Source of the DNA: Basidiobolus meristosporus CBS 931.73
Lineage: Eukaryota > Fungi > Basidiobolomycota
Assembly (NCBI GenBank): GCA_002104905.1
Contig: MCFE01000473.1
Location: 1-64,000, forward strand
Reading direction: 5' to 3'
DNA length: 64,000 nucleotides
Part shown: positions 1-12,407 of the stretch, piece after piece
Position numbering within the stretch: the first letter of the stretch is position 1
Layout of the letters: each line of letters starts with the position of its first letter
Made by a program: the position numbers and the translations under genes
Notes under the pieces: generated by a model
The model's database searches: none
The model's input: the letters and a program-made list of their open reading frames with translations, nothing else
Told to the model about the DNA's origin: nothing

Positions 1-1899
1 CTTCTCTCGCCCTGCCCATTGGCCGACGGCGCTTCCATATCAGGGCATCGAAGTGATGGGATTGGTAACCGGGCATCCAGCCGATTCATAAAGCTGTGAT
101 ATAATACAGGATATAATATTATCCAAAATGTGACCGGCTTGTTTTAGAAGTAGCGCAAGTTGGCACTGGGATTCAATAGAGACATAAATGGGCGAAGGTT
201 GTATTCTACCATATATGGAGCGGCCGTGGTAATCAGAGCATTCGCATTGCCTAATCAGTAGCCATCCGCGCTGTTTTGATGAGATCCATTGAGTAAAATT
301 TTTCTCATCATTCTAGAGGCTGAGACACCGTTTGTCTAGAAGCACCTTGCGAGAAGAAAAATATAATGGCACCGATAGCCCAGCATTTCCAAATCCAGTG
401 ATGTCTCCCAAGAGTTTGGTTTTGAGAGCTACGGGTGTTCCCGTGGAGCCAGGAGCAGTAGCACTGCTCTTGCGACATGCAGTTGCTTGCCCGAGCGGCA
501 TGCCCACAAGACATGTGCTCCATGCTGAATCGCAAACTCATGGCTGGGCGAGATCAAAGATCCGTGGGGTCGCAACCATTGAGCGGCTGGATGGTCAGCC
601 AGCTCGAGCCTCCACCATCGCTGTGTCCGGGTGATCCTGACGTCGGCTAGGTTAGACGAAGTCATCGTTGGAACCATCATTTTCGCAAACCATAATAGGC
701 CGTTGGCATGTACTAATCAGGTCAAATTGGCATATTCCAGAAACATAGCGAAATTACCGTCCGTATCAGCATGCTGGATATATGATGGAATTTTCGTCTA
801 TCAAGTGGATGACCTGAGTCTGGTAAACAAACATGGATCCAGTGTTCTCTCTCCACCGCCTAACGTTTTATATAGTAAGCCCGCCAAGCGATGGTCCTCG
901 TCGGGCCAATACTATATACGTTGAGGACTATTCCAATTCTGGCGAATGCTCCTATGAGACAGTGACTGTGTTGACTTCAGCAACGCCATGCAATTACAGT
1001 GGCGAATGCGTTCATCACTGGAACCCCTGCTACCACAAAGCTACCGCCGATGGAGGCAGCTGTGCATCGTTGATGCGTAGTAGAAACAGACATTGCCCCT
1101 TTGTCCTGAGTCTCCCAACTTGTTGGTTGGATTGTCATATATATGCTCCAACTATCCCAGAGTTTTGCCGAGTGGTGTGCTACTTGTGACTCACTCCACG
1201 AAGGGCAGTCTCATGGGCAGTATACTCTAGATTGATGAAGCTGCCCCATTGCTCCACGTCAAGGAGAATGATGTAAGAAAAAAGCAACTGGTACTTGGTA
1301 ATCAGATTCCGGAGTGATATGACAATTTGATCTATATGATATTAAAGGCGCTTTGTTAATTGGATAACAATTATACCAGTATGGTTCCTTGCTTCTAGAC
1401 TGGCCCATAAAACTTTAAGCTATTTATAACGTATACATACTCAAGATACCAACTAGCCCTCTTTAGCAGGCCTCTCTCCACCCATCAATATTTTGATCGG
1501 TAGCCTGGTATACCTTGTGACTTGGCAAGGCTCTGGTCCACAGAAAAGATTTGCTTGAAAGTTCAGCCTCATGAACACTGATCACTAATCTGGTAGTTAC
1601 GAGGCACTGGATAGCTTCACTACTTCAGTTGATTTGCTGCCCTTAATATCCTGATCCAAGTACACATGTACATGTACCTATGATTCTTCTCTCGGAGGGT
1701 AGTTTTAGAACTCCACTACGTTAGGTCCAGAGCTGTCGCATCTGTGTGAATGGCCTTGAGATTTTAGAATACTTGGGCCCTAACCATCCCAATACATCGA
1801 AGAATTGCAGCAAATAGGCAACGCGAGTTCATACCCAATTTTCTGGCAGTCAATCGCAAGTGTCCACTGAAACTGAACCCACCAGATGCCTATTGCTAA

Positions 1900-3100
1900 C
1901 AGGGTTATCTATGCCCACCCCGGAAGTTGTAATGGCTTTGTTGGATAGGTAGCATCCAGAAAACACTTCTTCAGGTGATCTAGGCGTGTTAACAATTATC
2001 CAAGTTGGTCAACGATCCCAGTCACTACCTGTTGCAAACAGCGAATTCCGACCCAAGTCACCCGCTACCAAGTGCTTATTCCGATACAGAACTCTTGGAT
2101 TTCTTCACCCCCCCAGCAGACCTTCGAAACAAGGTAAATACTCTGGTGGCTAGAGTGAGTAAATACTGGAGTGCAAAATTTTTGTGGTTTTGGGAATGCA
2201 GATCCACTCTTGACATTGACTTGGCTCTTCACAATTACCCAAACAGTTTGCAACAGAAGTCCTTTTCTGACCTTGCTCAGCCAACTCAACTGCTTGACCA
2301 TATCTACCAATATTAGGCATGACTTGTGTGCCTAGGATTAAATTAGTGGAAATATTTCAAAAACCGATCATTTTCAAGAAACAGCTTCTCCTTGCCTAGT
2401 ATGGCTTCTTTGGGCCACACTTGTGATAAGTGCTGCAAAGAATTAGTTCAGCACCCATTATGCATTCTAAGTTATCACCTAGCTCTTTTATTAATTACAC
2501 AGAATTACCTCATCCTAAAACCTTCCCAATTGTAGCGGTCTCATTGGCATTAACTATGCTCTACAAAATGTACAAACCATTCTTTCAGAAAGTCATCCTT
2601 TTTGAGGATTCCAGATCCTGTTGTATGCGCAATATCAAGTAAAGCACTAACCTCTTGGAAAAGAACTGTGAGTGTCTTGAGGGTTCCGGAGAGATATGTG
2701 CCTCTTTTTTGGACCTTTTGGTAAACTTTGAAACAATGCTCCAGAATTGCAGTGACATCAGGTGGATTGTGAACATTCAAAGATCCTGTATAGCTGGTTC
2801 CTTGAGTTTATCTTTTGTTGCATGAGACTAGAAGCATGTCAAAACATCCTTGTTGCAAGTTGCGTGCTTGGAAGTGATCTGGAATTACGCTAAGACTCTG
2901 TGGTTGCATTCTCACTTAATTTCCAGGACTTCTACAATTCCACAAATTAGTCAAATACTTACAAACCCAAACAACTCAACATTCAAGATTCTAGCAATTG
3001 GCTTGGCAGTAAGTTCTATGAATCGTTTGGATGCTAAACTAGCTACTCTCATTAATTATTAGCTGGGTACTAGAGTTCAGCAATGATTCTATTTTCTAGC
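1900..3100 (+). mobile_element. Possible degenerate non-LTR (LINE-like) ORF2 3' remnant
   Basis: CpG-poor, stop-interrupted + frames (2005-2316, 2430-2642, 2850-3062) with a Cys-containing stretch followed by 'ACLEVIWNYAKTLW', loosely like LINE ORF2 C-termini. No RT motif seen; boundaries approximate. Confidence 0.25.
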
Positions 3101-3534
3101 TTCATAAGGTAATGTGCCATCTACCTGTAATATTTGTAATTGGAACCTCCGGTCACATGACCCTGTCTAGGTTGCACAGTCTCTTTAATAACTTCTGCAG
3201 CCATATTTCCCAGCTTTTAAAAAGCCACCCCAACTGGTTGTGCACTGACTGGTAGATACCATTACAATTTGTATACACAAGTCTCTCAAATCAAAAATGG
3301 CCCAGGGGCTAGCTACTAATGGGTGTAGCAGTCTATATATTTTTCCTGAGTTGACTCCAATAGACAGCAGAATATCCAGTCATGTTATGAAGATGTTAGA
3401 TACCTAAAGTGATTGGGAGAACCAGTGGATTGGCATTATACTCACTTGTTGATTCATCGAGTTCCAATAGTGGTTATACTTTTCTAAGAGCTTGGTGGAT
3501 CTGACAATAAAAATGCTCTGCTAGGGGTTCCAAG

Positions 3535-3886
3535 TGTTTTAAAAAATTTCGGAGTTTTGGAGATATTGGAAGTGATTGGGCAAACAAGTAGATTGTGTGA
3601 ATTTCACTTGATGATTTTTTGAATGTAAAAGTGGTATTTATACTTTTACATGGCCCTGGCCAAAACGTAGGATATGTCTAGGAAGGTCGCAATATCATGT
3701 GTGCCAAGTTTGGGGACCTTTGAACAACTTGGAATATTTCCACCAAAATATCTGGTACTCAGGACATGTCTAAATTCTTTGTCGGGATACACTTATCAAT
3801 TTTTCAAGAGATTCGAAGATTCATGGACTATGATCTAAGTGACCAAGCTAATGGAATATTTAGGCGTATTTACAAAATTTACAACA
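3535..3886 (-). repeat. Copia-family LTR copy, same family as 25583-25914 and 55154-55492
   Basis: Aligns by eye to the reverse complement of the 25583-25914 LTR (e.g. GAGATATTGGAAGTGATTGGG, TGAATGTAAAAGTGGTATTTATACTTTTACA); ends ...TTTACAACA. Flanks CCAAG/TTAAA show no TSD. Confidence 0.75.
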
Positions 3887-4901
3887 TTAAACTGTTATTG
3901 GATATTTGAGTTGTTTTTAACAAATTTGATAACTTGGGGTCAGTAATTTATATTTAGCAATTCGCTCGACATTATGTCATAATTTGGAAGTCAAACAATT
4001 ACAACAGAAACATACTCCTGCTATGGTCATTTACTCAATCAACAATTTACCATGAAAGAAATCACTGAGAATTGGTATACTCTTACTGCCACTGCTGCCT
4101 ATCTTAACCCAATCCATTTACAACAAAAAACTCATATTTCTTCTGACTCTGAGATAGCATGTATGCTACACAAAAAGCTACTCTTGTCCCCAGAGTCTAA
4201 CAACACATCTATTTTGCAGTCCATGTTTAACGATCTTTGTGTGCAGCTTTGAGACCTATCAAAGTAGCTCTTGAGCTACGCCATTTGCATTTGAGGAGCA
4301 CTGATATAAGGATTTATTGCTAAGCATGTAGCAAATTGCACCTTCAATTACTTTAATCAGACTCTGTCATGATCATTTTAAAAATCCCCCGTAATTTGTT
4401 GACAGTTTCTTCAGAATATGTGCAGGCCTGAATAGCATACACCTCTTATTGATCAGTGGTTGGTGATGTTAATAATTGTGGAGTTTGCTTGAGCCACAGC
4501 ATACTCTGGACAACATCCAGTTCCATATATACTCAGCCATTTCGTTTAGTAAACAAGCTTTTGTTATAAACCCCATCCCCTACCCTCACCAGCAAGTCGA
4601 AAGGGCTCGCCAATACACTTCATAGGACTCCTGAATACTAGTGACAAGGTTAGGCTGGGTCATAAACCCCGAGCTGGCCACTCGATTATCCAACCCAATA
4701 CGCATCATATTTTCTAAGCTCGGAACTGAAAATTGCTCCGACTGCAACTCCGACAAGCTGCACATTTGATTTCTCATTTGATGATTTGAAAAAAAAAGTG
4801 TAGGGCCTTGGCACAGATCCCTGAAAATTGAGATTACAAAAGCAGATGGTAGCCCCGCAGCTATTCCTTCCTTCTCGAATTTTTGTATATTCTTCCAAAG
4901 G

Positions 4902-4969
4902 GTAAGTGACGATGTTAATAGATTCATGCAAGACTATGGCGGATATCCATTGACTCTCCTGTATTTCAG
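4902..4969 (+). other. Probable 5'-UTR intron of the P2 gene
   Basis: GTAAGT donor at 4902, ATTGAC branch-like motif, TATTTCAG acceptor ending 8 nt upstream of the ATG at 4978. Confidence 0.55.
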
Positions 4970-4977
4970 ATCTCAAA

Positions 4978-5307
4978 ATGCGTTACATTGCTGCCTACCT
5001 TCTTCTTACCCTCGGTGGTAACCAAACTCCCTCCTCTGCTGATGTCGAGAAACTCCTCTCCTCTGTTGGTATTGAGGCTGACTCTGAGCGCCTCAACAAG
5101 TTGATCTCTGAATTGGAAGGTAAGAACATCGAGGAGCTTATTGCCGAAGGAAAGGAAAAGCTTGCCTCTGTTCCTTCTGGTGGTGCCGCTGCTGCTCCTG
5201 CTGGTGCTGCTGCTGCCGGTGGTGCCGAAGCCGCTCCTGCTGCTGCCAAGGAAGAAGAAGCCAAGGAAGAGTCTGATGACGATATGGGCTTCGGTCTTTT
5301 CGATTAA
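4978..5307 (+). CDS. RPP2: 60S acidic ribosomal protein P2
   Basis: [14 protein letters not shown] start, Ala/Gly-rich hinge and canonical C-terminus [13 protein letters not shown]; 109 aa. Confidence 0.97.
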   Translation: MRYIAAYLLLTLGGNQTPSSADVEKLLSSVGIEADSERLNKLISELEGKNIEELIAEGKEKLASVPSGGAAAAPAGAAAAGGAEAAPAAAKEEEAKEESDDDMGFGLFD

Positions 5308-5718
5308 AGGATTCAGAATCCATGAATGCATATTTTAATCAAAATATCCATCGAATTCGACATTAAGGCTGTACCTCAGCTGTTGTATGCATAATAAACT
5401 CAAAACACCTACCTAATCGTTCGGTTATCAGTTAATGTTATTTGCCTTGAAAAGCAGAAGTCGCGTAGCAAGAGGGCATACTAGCACTATTGTCAAGTGG
5501 AGTTTCCTGCCATGGAGGTCATGTTACTGATTTATTTAATACTTACTATTGGTACATCATGATATTTTGATGAGATAAATGAGAAACGGAGAAGGTCCAT
5601 ACATTCATAATGCTGGGGGATTAAATTAAAGCGATACGAATGGATGAACAAACTTGGTGCGAAAAGATCTAAAAATATACTATTGCAGCACTGAATTAAG
5701 GGATATTCTAACGAGGGC

Positions 5719-6774
5719 TTAAGCACTAGGCCTGTTCTCTTCAATCTTCAATGTGAAGTCGTCGTTCGCTGTGTTCTCCATGTTCTCCATTTGCGTGTCA
5801 ACTGGCTGGTAAGCAGCTGGCTTCTTGGAATCATCAAGCCCGTACATGTAGCTAGAGTAAATGACCAAGGAGGAGCCGAAGACGAAGAGAAGCGTGATGT
5901 GGAAATCAAATAGATAGATGGAAAAGATGCTGGAAACAATGATAGAGATGCTGGTTGCAAATCCTTTCAGAATATTGTCAGCATACTTCACCACGATGGC
6001 CACAATAATGCCGCCGCATGCTTGACAGGCAATGGCCATAACGGTGTAGATGTTGTATCCATACCAGAAACCGTTGTTGATCACACTATCTCCGTCCATC
6101 CACAAAACTCCCAGGAAGACGGCTGGGAATAACGAGAAGAAGGACAATTGAATGTTACGCACCCAAATCGAAGCCCGAGTTCCTTTGAGGATCTTTTCGA
6201 AGTAGACACCTGCTAGGCCGGAGATCATGCAAGCGCACACAACTGTGATGAGGCCCAGAAGTCTTTGATTGCTCTTGTCCTCGGTGCTTTCCGAGGTCTT
6301 GGTTGGGAATTGAACCAAGACAACACCGATGGTGAGCAAGACCAGGGCGAGCCACTTTTTCATACTCAAGCTTCTGCGGAGAATGATGACAGTGCAGAGG
6401 GCGGTGGTGAGGATTTTAAGTTGGTAGGTAACTTGGAAAGTGGCGGCGTCCAATAGAGTGACGGCGACGTATTGAAGGTTATTCTGGAGAGTATATAGCC
6501 CAGCGGGAATCATCAACTTCCACGCATCTCGCCCGAAGATTTCCGACATGACCTCCCGATAATTAACGTGCCCCTTAGTATTAAGTTCGTCACGGGCATG
6601 CATGACAAGGCAGATAATTAATTTAGTCAGTTCAGAGAGCGTCACAGCCGTGGATGTAGCGTAGTGGGGTGTTGTGTCTCTAGACTGGGTCATCACCAGC
6701 ACCAGAGCACTATTTTGGATGACCAAAATAATTAAGCTCAGGTACTTCATGGGGATCATTTCTAGGAGCTTCAT
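5719..6774 (-). CDS. Nucleotide-sugar transporter, SLC35A/UDP-galactose transporter family
   Basis: Multi-TM protein with family motifs IPAGLYTLQNNLQY, TFQVTYQLKILTTA, SGLAGVYFEKILK, VKYADNILKGFA. True start is probably the ATG at 6774, directly after a CCTAAC...CTCCAG acceptor (5'-UTR intron ~6775-6856, donor GTATTT). Confidence 0.93.
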   Translation of the reverse strand: MKLLEMIPMKYLSLIILVIQNSALVLVMTQSRDTTPHYATSTAVTLSELTKLIICLVMHARDELNTKGHVNYREVMSEIFGRDAWKLMIPAGLYTLQNNLQYVAVTLLDAATFQVTYQLKILTTALCTVIILRRSLSMKKWLALVLLTIGVVLVQFPTKTSESTEDKSNQRLLGLITVVCACMISGLAGVYFEKILKGTRASIWVRNIQLSFFSLFPAVFLGVLWMDGDSVINNGFWYGYNIYTVMAIACQACGGIIVAIVVKYADNILKGFATSISIIVSSIFSIYLFDFHITLLFVFGSSLVIYSSYMYGLDDSKKPAAYQPVDTQMENMENTANDDFTLKIEENRPSA

Positions 6775-7375
6775 CTGGAGGAAAGAGAGGTTAGGCAAAC
6801 TGAATTGTGGTTCGACAACGAAGCGGGAGCTTTGCCTTCTGTGGAAATAGAAATACCTTCAGGACTGAGCAATTTCACCGCAAAACTCTATTCGGCTCAG
6901 ACAGAGTGCCAGAAGAGATTAGAGAAAAAAGCGAAGTCGGAGTGAGAGAAAAATGGGAGTTAAATGGTGAGTCAGGTTCCAGAAAAGGTGGACTATTTTC
7001 AGCTCAATTGATGTAGAAGACACTTGCCTTTGTACACTATAGGCTCACAATACCAACAAAATATCCACAAATATCCCTATCTAAAATTAGAACATTCTCA
7101 GCTCGGACTTATTGGTCAGCGCATTGTGAGCTTCTTGACACACAGTATAACCAAAAACGAGCCTCACGCCAGCCTGAGTTACATGTGCAACAGCAACAAC
7201 GGGCTCTGAGTGGTAAATTCAGAAATAAATTAAGGTCTAGCTTGAGTGGCTTTTATTCAATTCTAAAGTGTTACAACTCCTTGGGTGTTCTTGGCCAGGG
7301 ATATTAGTCAATCGATGCCCATGAGGCGTCATGAGAGTATGTTCAATATTGTGCGGGTATTTGCCAGACATCAAA

Positions 7376-7901
7376 TTACTGTTGCATGGCGTCAACAGGT
7401 TTGGCGGAGCGATCCTTGCGTTCAAGGAGGGCTTTGCGATCCTTATCGAGCTTGACGCTTGTGACGACAACCTTGGAGGGATGAACGCCAATGGCAGTGG
7501 TGGCGCCGTTGACCTTCTCACGGGTGAGGCGCTCGATGTGAATGACCCATTTCTTACGATACACTTGGACAACCTTGCCTTCACGGCCTTTGTAAGTGCC
7601 GCGGACCACTTGGACCTCATCATCCTTGCGGACAGGGATAGAGCGGGCGTGGTACTTCTCTCTTAATTCCTTGGAAAGGGGGGCAGACATGATCTTTCTA
7701 CGAATGCTGGAGGGGGCGGCGAAGTGGGCCTTGCGGCTCTTGCGGCGAGAAGCGCTGACGTCTGCAAATGATCGAGGGGTGTTTAGTTGAACGTCCAAGT
7801 GTACTCGAGGGCTGGTATGCCAGCATATGACGAGAGCAAGGCTGCGGTGGGATGGATGTTATGCTATGCTTTATTGGATATTTACCTTTGCTGAACTTCA
7901 T
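7376..7901 (-). CDS. RPL26: 60S ribosomal protein L26 (uL24), two exons
   Basis: Exon 1 7901-7886 (ATGAAGTTCAGCAAAG), intron 7885-7762 (GTAAAT...TTTGCAG), exon 2 7761-7376. Spliced product [24 protein letters not shown]...[11 protein letters not shown]. Confidence 0.97.
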
Positions 7902-8624
7902 GTTTATACACTGCACAAATATTGGTATGTCTGAAAGAGAGGGGCTCCATCTTTAATCAAGTGGATATTTGTTGCGATTTTCAGGTCACGTGCGGGGTCG
8001 GTTGGCGCCTATGGGCAAATAATCCTGGGACGGTGGAATCAGAATTGGAGAAACAGTATCGGCCATGAAGCATCCGTGGAGTTTGAAATGAGGCATCAGC
8101 AATTAACGAGTATATGCACAATGAGGCAGTCCTCGGTTAATCGCCGAGGACCCGCCTGCAATGTACGCCAAACCAAAGCATGCCACGAACAAGTTTGAAT
8201 CAAACCACTGCGAGCGGCCACATAGATTAGGTTAGAGCGGGCCGAGGCTGATGGCTCGTCGATCGTCTATTCTTGTCTGATTGTAGCCAATCAGTGTGAT
8301 GGTTCGTAGCTGAACGGTGGTTTCCATGAGGTTCGACAGAATTTTCCTCAATCACAAGTTGTCAAATCACTAGATACTTTGCCATGGACAAGATCCTGGC
8401 TATGAATCGAGAGCAAACTTGACCAATTAAAGCTTCCATTCTGTACTATACAGAAAATCCGTAGTAGCTTTCGGCTTCACAGGAGTGAGCTTCTGTATTC
8501 ACTATATAAGGTTTCTCGACTCATTCCACCAAAGAACCCCAATACGACTCTGTACCAGAGAGCTGGCCCATCGTCTCCATTTTTTGCTTTACACCTCAAA
8601 GTTACCAAATCTAATTCAAGAATC
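7902..8624. promoter_or_regulatory. Divergent (bidirectional) promoter region between RPL26 and SPT2
   Basis: Head-to-head starts 723 bp apart; CpG-rich; contains CACGTG (~7987) and CCAATCAG (~8287) motifs. Function of the motifs is inferred. Confidence 0.5.
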
Positions 8625-10014
8625 ATGGGAGAGGTAGGTGGAGTATTGTTGTTTCATGAGGTTGTTCGAAGCCTACAACTAACATCCACTAGTTTGAAGA
8701 GCTTATGAGGCTAGCTGCACAACACACCCGAGAAGTCGATAAGGAGCTGGAGCGAAAGAAGAAGCGACAGCAACTGGAAGAAGAGAGGAGGAAAAAGGGG
8801 GAGGAGAGAAGAAGACAGGAGGAGAAAGCTTCTTCTGCCGCCCAGCTAGCAGAGAGGAGAAAAAATGATTTAAAGCTGGAAAGGGAGAGGGAAGAGCGTA
8901 GGAGAGAGAAAGAGCGGGAATTGTTAAGAGAAAAATTAAAGAAAGATAATGCTAGAGAAAAGGAAGCAAAACCAGCCCCTTACAAAAGGGAAACATTGTT
9001 ACCGCAACCAAAGCAAAAAGTTCGTTTGACTAGTTCTCTTCAACTTCCTATCTATGTCATATTAAGTGGTTTCTTACTTAGCCATCGTTGTCGTTCGATG
9101 ATCTAATTAGCCAGGCTTCTGAAATCCCCACAACATCGCTCAAGCTTATCCCCACTAGTAGGGGGGAAAAGGGCTCAATGGGTCGCCACTCTAAAGTTTC
9201 AAAGAGCGTCCAGGGAAATCGGGCAGAGTTTAGGCGTACGTCTAGTTCCATAGAAGCAGATAGGAGCCGTTCTAGTCGACCTCAAGTCCATCGTAACCTA
9301 AGTGAAGCGAGCACAACGAAGGGTGTACTTAGATCTCGAGATGGTCATCAAAAGGACAGTAGAGCAAACGCCTCCATTCCAAATCGTGACGCTCGACTTG
9401 ATCTATCATCAAGATACACGCAATCTCCTATCTCAAGGGATGGTAAAAGATCCACCAGCGAACCCAGCACTGCTATCAAGGGAGCAAAAACACCCCCCAT
9501 CCCCAAGTACTCAAATGACAAGCCCCGCCGCCGCAGTTTGTCACCACCAGGAAGATCTCGCAAGAGGGCCTCATCCCCGCGCAGACCATCGAGTCGGAAG
9601 TCGATTGACGAAAGTGATTTCAACGAGGATTATGTGAAGCAAAATAACATATCGTCCATTATAGGCCAACTTTTCGGCTATGATAGATCCAGGTAAGCTG
9701 CCCATCTTATTCGGGGTTGATAGTTTATTCACCCGATTTGCAATTCAGGTACGCCAATGAAAGGTACTCCGATGACGATATGGAGGCTAGCATCTCAGAT
9801 CTCAGGAAGGAAGAATCTAGAAGGTATTTGACATAGTGAGCAATACAATACATACACCGTAGCATCATCACTTAAGCTCTGTTCAATATCCAGCGCCAAG
9901 ATAGCACGACTTGAAGATGAGCGTGAGGAGGAACTCGAGAGACTGGAGCAGGAGCGCCTTAGGGCTCGCAAAAAAGCTAGATTGGGGATGGATAAAAAGA
10001 AAAGCCCTCGTTAG
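8625..10014 (+). CDS. SPT2: SPT2-like chromatin protein, five exons
   Basis: Introns 8634-8692, 9020-9081, 9693-9748 and 9824-9893 (all GT-AG) join into one frame: MGEFEELMRLAAQ..., charged coiled coil, Ser/Arg-rich middle, and SPT2-like C-terminus SIIGQLFGYDRSRY...SDDDMEASISDLRKEESRSAKIARLEDERE; stop TAG at 10012-10014. Confidence 0.85.
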
Positions 10015-12407
10015 CGTGTGAAACCTAAGAAGCACCATTGAAAACTCATAGCATTGTAAATTAAATCAAATACATACTGTCTCCCCAAATACACACTGCC
10101 TCCCCAAATACATGCCAGTCCATCAGACGCGTGCTCAATGTATGCAAGGACTTGCTGCCCAACTTTGCGCATTTGCGCTGGCTAATCATGTAACTGGGAA
10201 TAGACAAACAATACACCTGTGGAACGAGGAGCTCCTAGCCAGCTGGCTTTCATAGATGCAGGCTATCCCGTGTTTTGCTATTCCAGGGAGAAAAAGATCA
10301 CATTGGTGAGACAGGGTGCTCCATACGTTACCAGTGCCGTTGGTGAATAATTGGGCAGATCTAGAAATTCCACAGCCTGCATACCTCGCAAATAGCGGCA
10401 TTACGACCACCTCACAGACAGCACAAGATCTGTAAGTGCTATTCAAATTCGCCGTAAATCAAGATGCAAATAGAGATAGATCCAGCAATTGCATGGTGTC
10501 CAGCAAATCGTTTCCTCGTGAGGAGGACACTGGGCAATGCGTTGTAGAAGGTTACTCCGATCAGAAGGTACCGATTAAGTACGAGTGCTCGAGTCTGATT
10601 TATCGGCACAGATTGTTCTTGATCCTCTCTACTCCAGGTCGTGTTCCGCGACCGAGTGTTTCAGAATAGGCCATTCGAAGAAGCCGGAGTTTCATCCGAT
10701 CAACTATTGCTTGGGTATACAAGCGCCGAAATGGAAATGATTGCTTCTCGTCAGCTTGGAAGACGTAAGCCTCCCCATTTGGGATTGAGAATACAATGCA
10801 AGAGAGTTTACGCAATCCGAGATCCATATGAACTTGGTACTGCATACGGATGCTCGCTTATTCTAAACCAAAAGGCCTCAGCATCTGATCTATCGTCTTA
10901 CACATGATCAGCTCAACGATTCTGTTTCGTAAAAATTCCACAGATATGGTTCTAAACCAGTTCTATATTCCCATGGACTTTGGAATACACTACTGGTTTC
11001 CACTCACCGTTAAGGGAGCCATTACACCACAGAAAACCGATAACATACCATTTGAGCAGCAATCCAGAGTCATTGTTGGCATTATCTTCGGGGAATGTTT
11101 AAGACAATACAGCTCTTGCCAGAAAAACCTGCTTTGTGCTGGTGGGGCTCGCAATAGGAGGTCGCCGTATCGGAACAAAGGACAGAGGGTTACTAAGCTA
11201 TCTCACTAATGTGCTGCTCGGAGTCTTGGTTGGAGGGTGACCCTGATAAAGAGGCGCGGCAGCGCATCATCGTGTTATCATCAAATATCACTGCCAATTC
11301 TTGTGCTATGTAAACTGGCTAGACTCTTGCAGCATGGTTAATTTTACCAATAACAGCTGCGTAAAAGGGTGATACATATTCAGCGGATTACTAAAGATGT
11401 GCGAGAAGTGGTCTTTTAGGCTGTGGTTGGACGTTTTCTGGGTACACCTTGGATCACAGATATTTACGTGCCATCAGCATGAATGTGGTTTGCTGCTCTA
11501 CATGATTGGCTCTTGGACGCAAGAATACTGTTTGTAAAAGCTTGCGTCGATAAACTATTGGTAAGCTTCCCAATTTGCCGATATTGGGGTAACCATTCGC
11601 CAACCCAGCTGATACGCTAATCATTGGTATGTACGCTTTCAGATTGGTCCTGTGCTATCGAAAGAGACTGATCATCTACCCGGTTTTTCTCAGCGGAAGT
11701 AGGCTGCGATCAGAGTTCGATACACAGGAGTATAATTGTTTCGATCAAGAATGCACAACTCTTGGATGATGCTTGTGCTAATTTGCTATTTAACAAAAAT
11801 GGACTCCTCTATGCGCTATTGTGCACCTCCATAGGTATCCAACCGGTTGTGGGTTGAGTACTTAGCTAAGAGTCGTTTATGGAGGTTCCAGAGTATCGTC
11901 GAACCTTGGCTAGCCTGTACCTACTACAAATTACAAGGCTTTGAAACCCAGGAGGCTGGGCAGTGGAGTGATGTAACGGGGATCACTCAGCTTATGGTTA
12001 TAATGTTTCTTGTAGCCATTGTCGGGTATTCGCCCCGACAACCAATTACGAGTAGAGCAACTCCACATTCTCACCGATTCCTACTGCTACTGCTACTGTC
12101 ACACCTGGCTCGATCTTTGCCTTGATTTTATAGTTAGTCCAGTTGTTTCCATACAAAAGTTCTATTGGCCCCGACCCTTTACTAGGAGAATTCAGTTGAA
12201 AACCAGTTTGTCGGGCTGAAGAAGTATTGGCCAAGAGCCCTCGATCATTGTGATTTCATTTAAATTAGGTTGTTTCTGTTGGGGAGTGGTGAGGCTGAGT
12301 AACAACAGGCCCATTAACTTCTATAAAACTCTGGCATTCCCCTCTGAAGTTCGTATATCGCTTCTCCTTGTATATCACAGTAGCGTTATTTTCTTCATAT
12401 CAAGGTC

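Noticed and set aside
308-1189. Overlapping short ORFs, including a Cys-rich frame (833-1189) and a possible minus-strand exon (429-650)
   Set aside because: No recognisable domain; ankyrin-like and DHHC-like resemblances were too weak, and no gene model could be built.
4052-4300. 'AAYLNPIHL' resembling a hAT transposase C-terminal motif
   Set aside because: A single short motif with no catalytic residues, TIRs or 8-bp TSD.
4966-5338. Antisense and alternate-frame ORFs over RPP2 (likewise over RPL26, SPT2 and the kinase)
   Set aside because: Shadow ORFs produced by codon bias of the real genes.
5719-6774. Transporter as the tptA orthologue of the Mucorales sex locus
   Set aside because: Its motifs are SLC35A/UDP-Gal type rather than TPT family, it lies ~5.6 kb and at least two genes from the HMG gene, and no rnhA helicase is seen.
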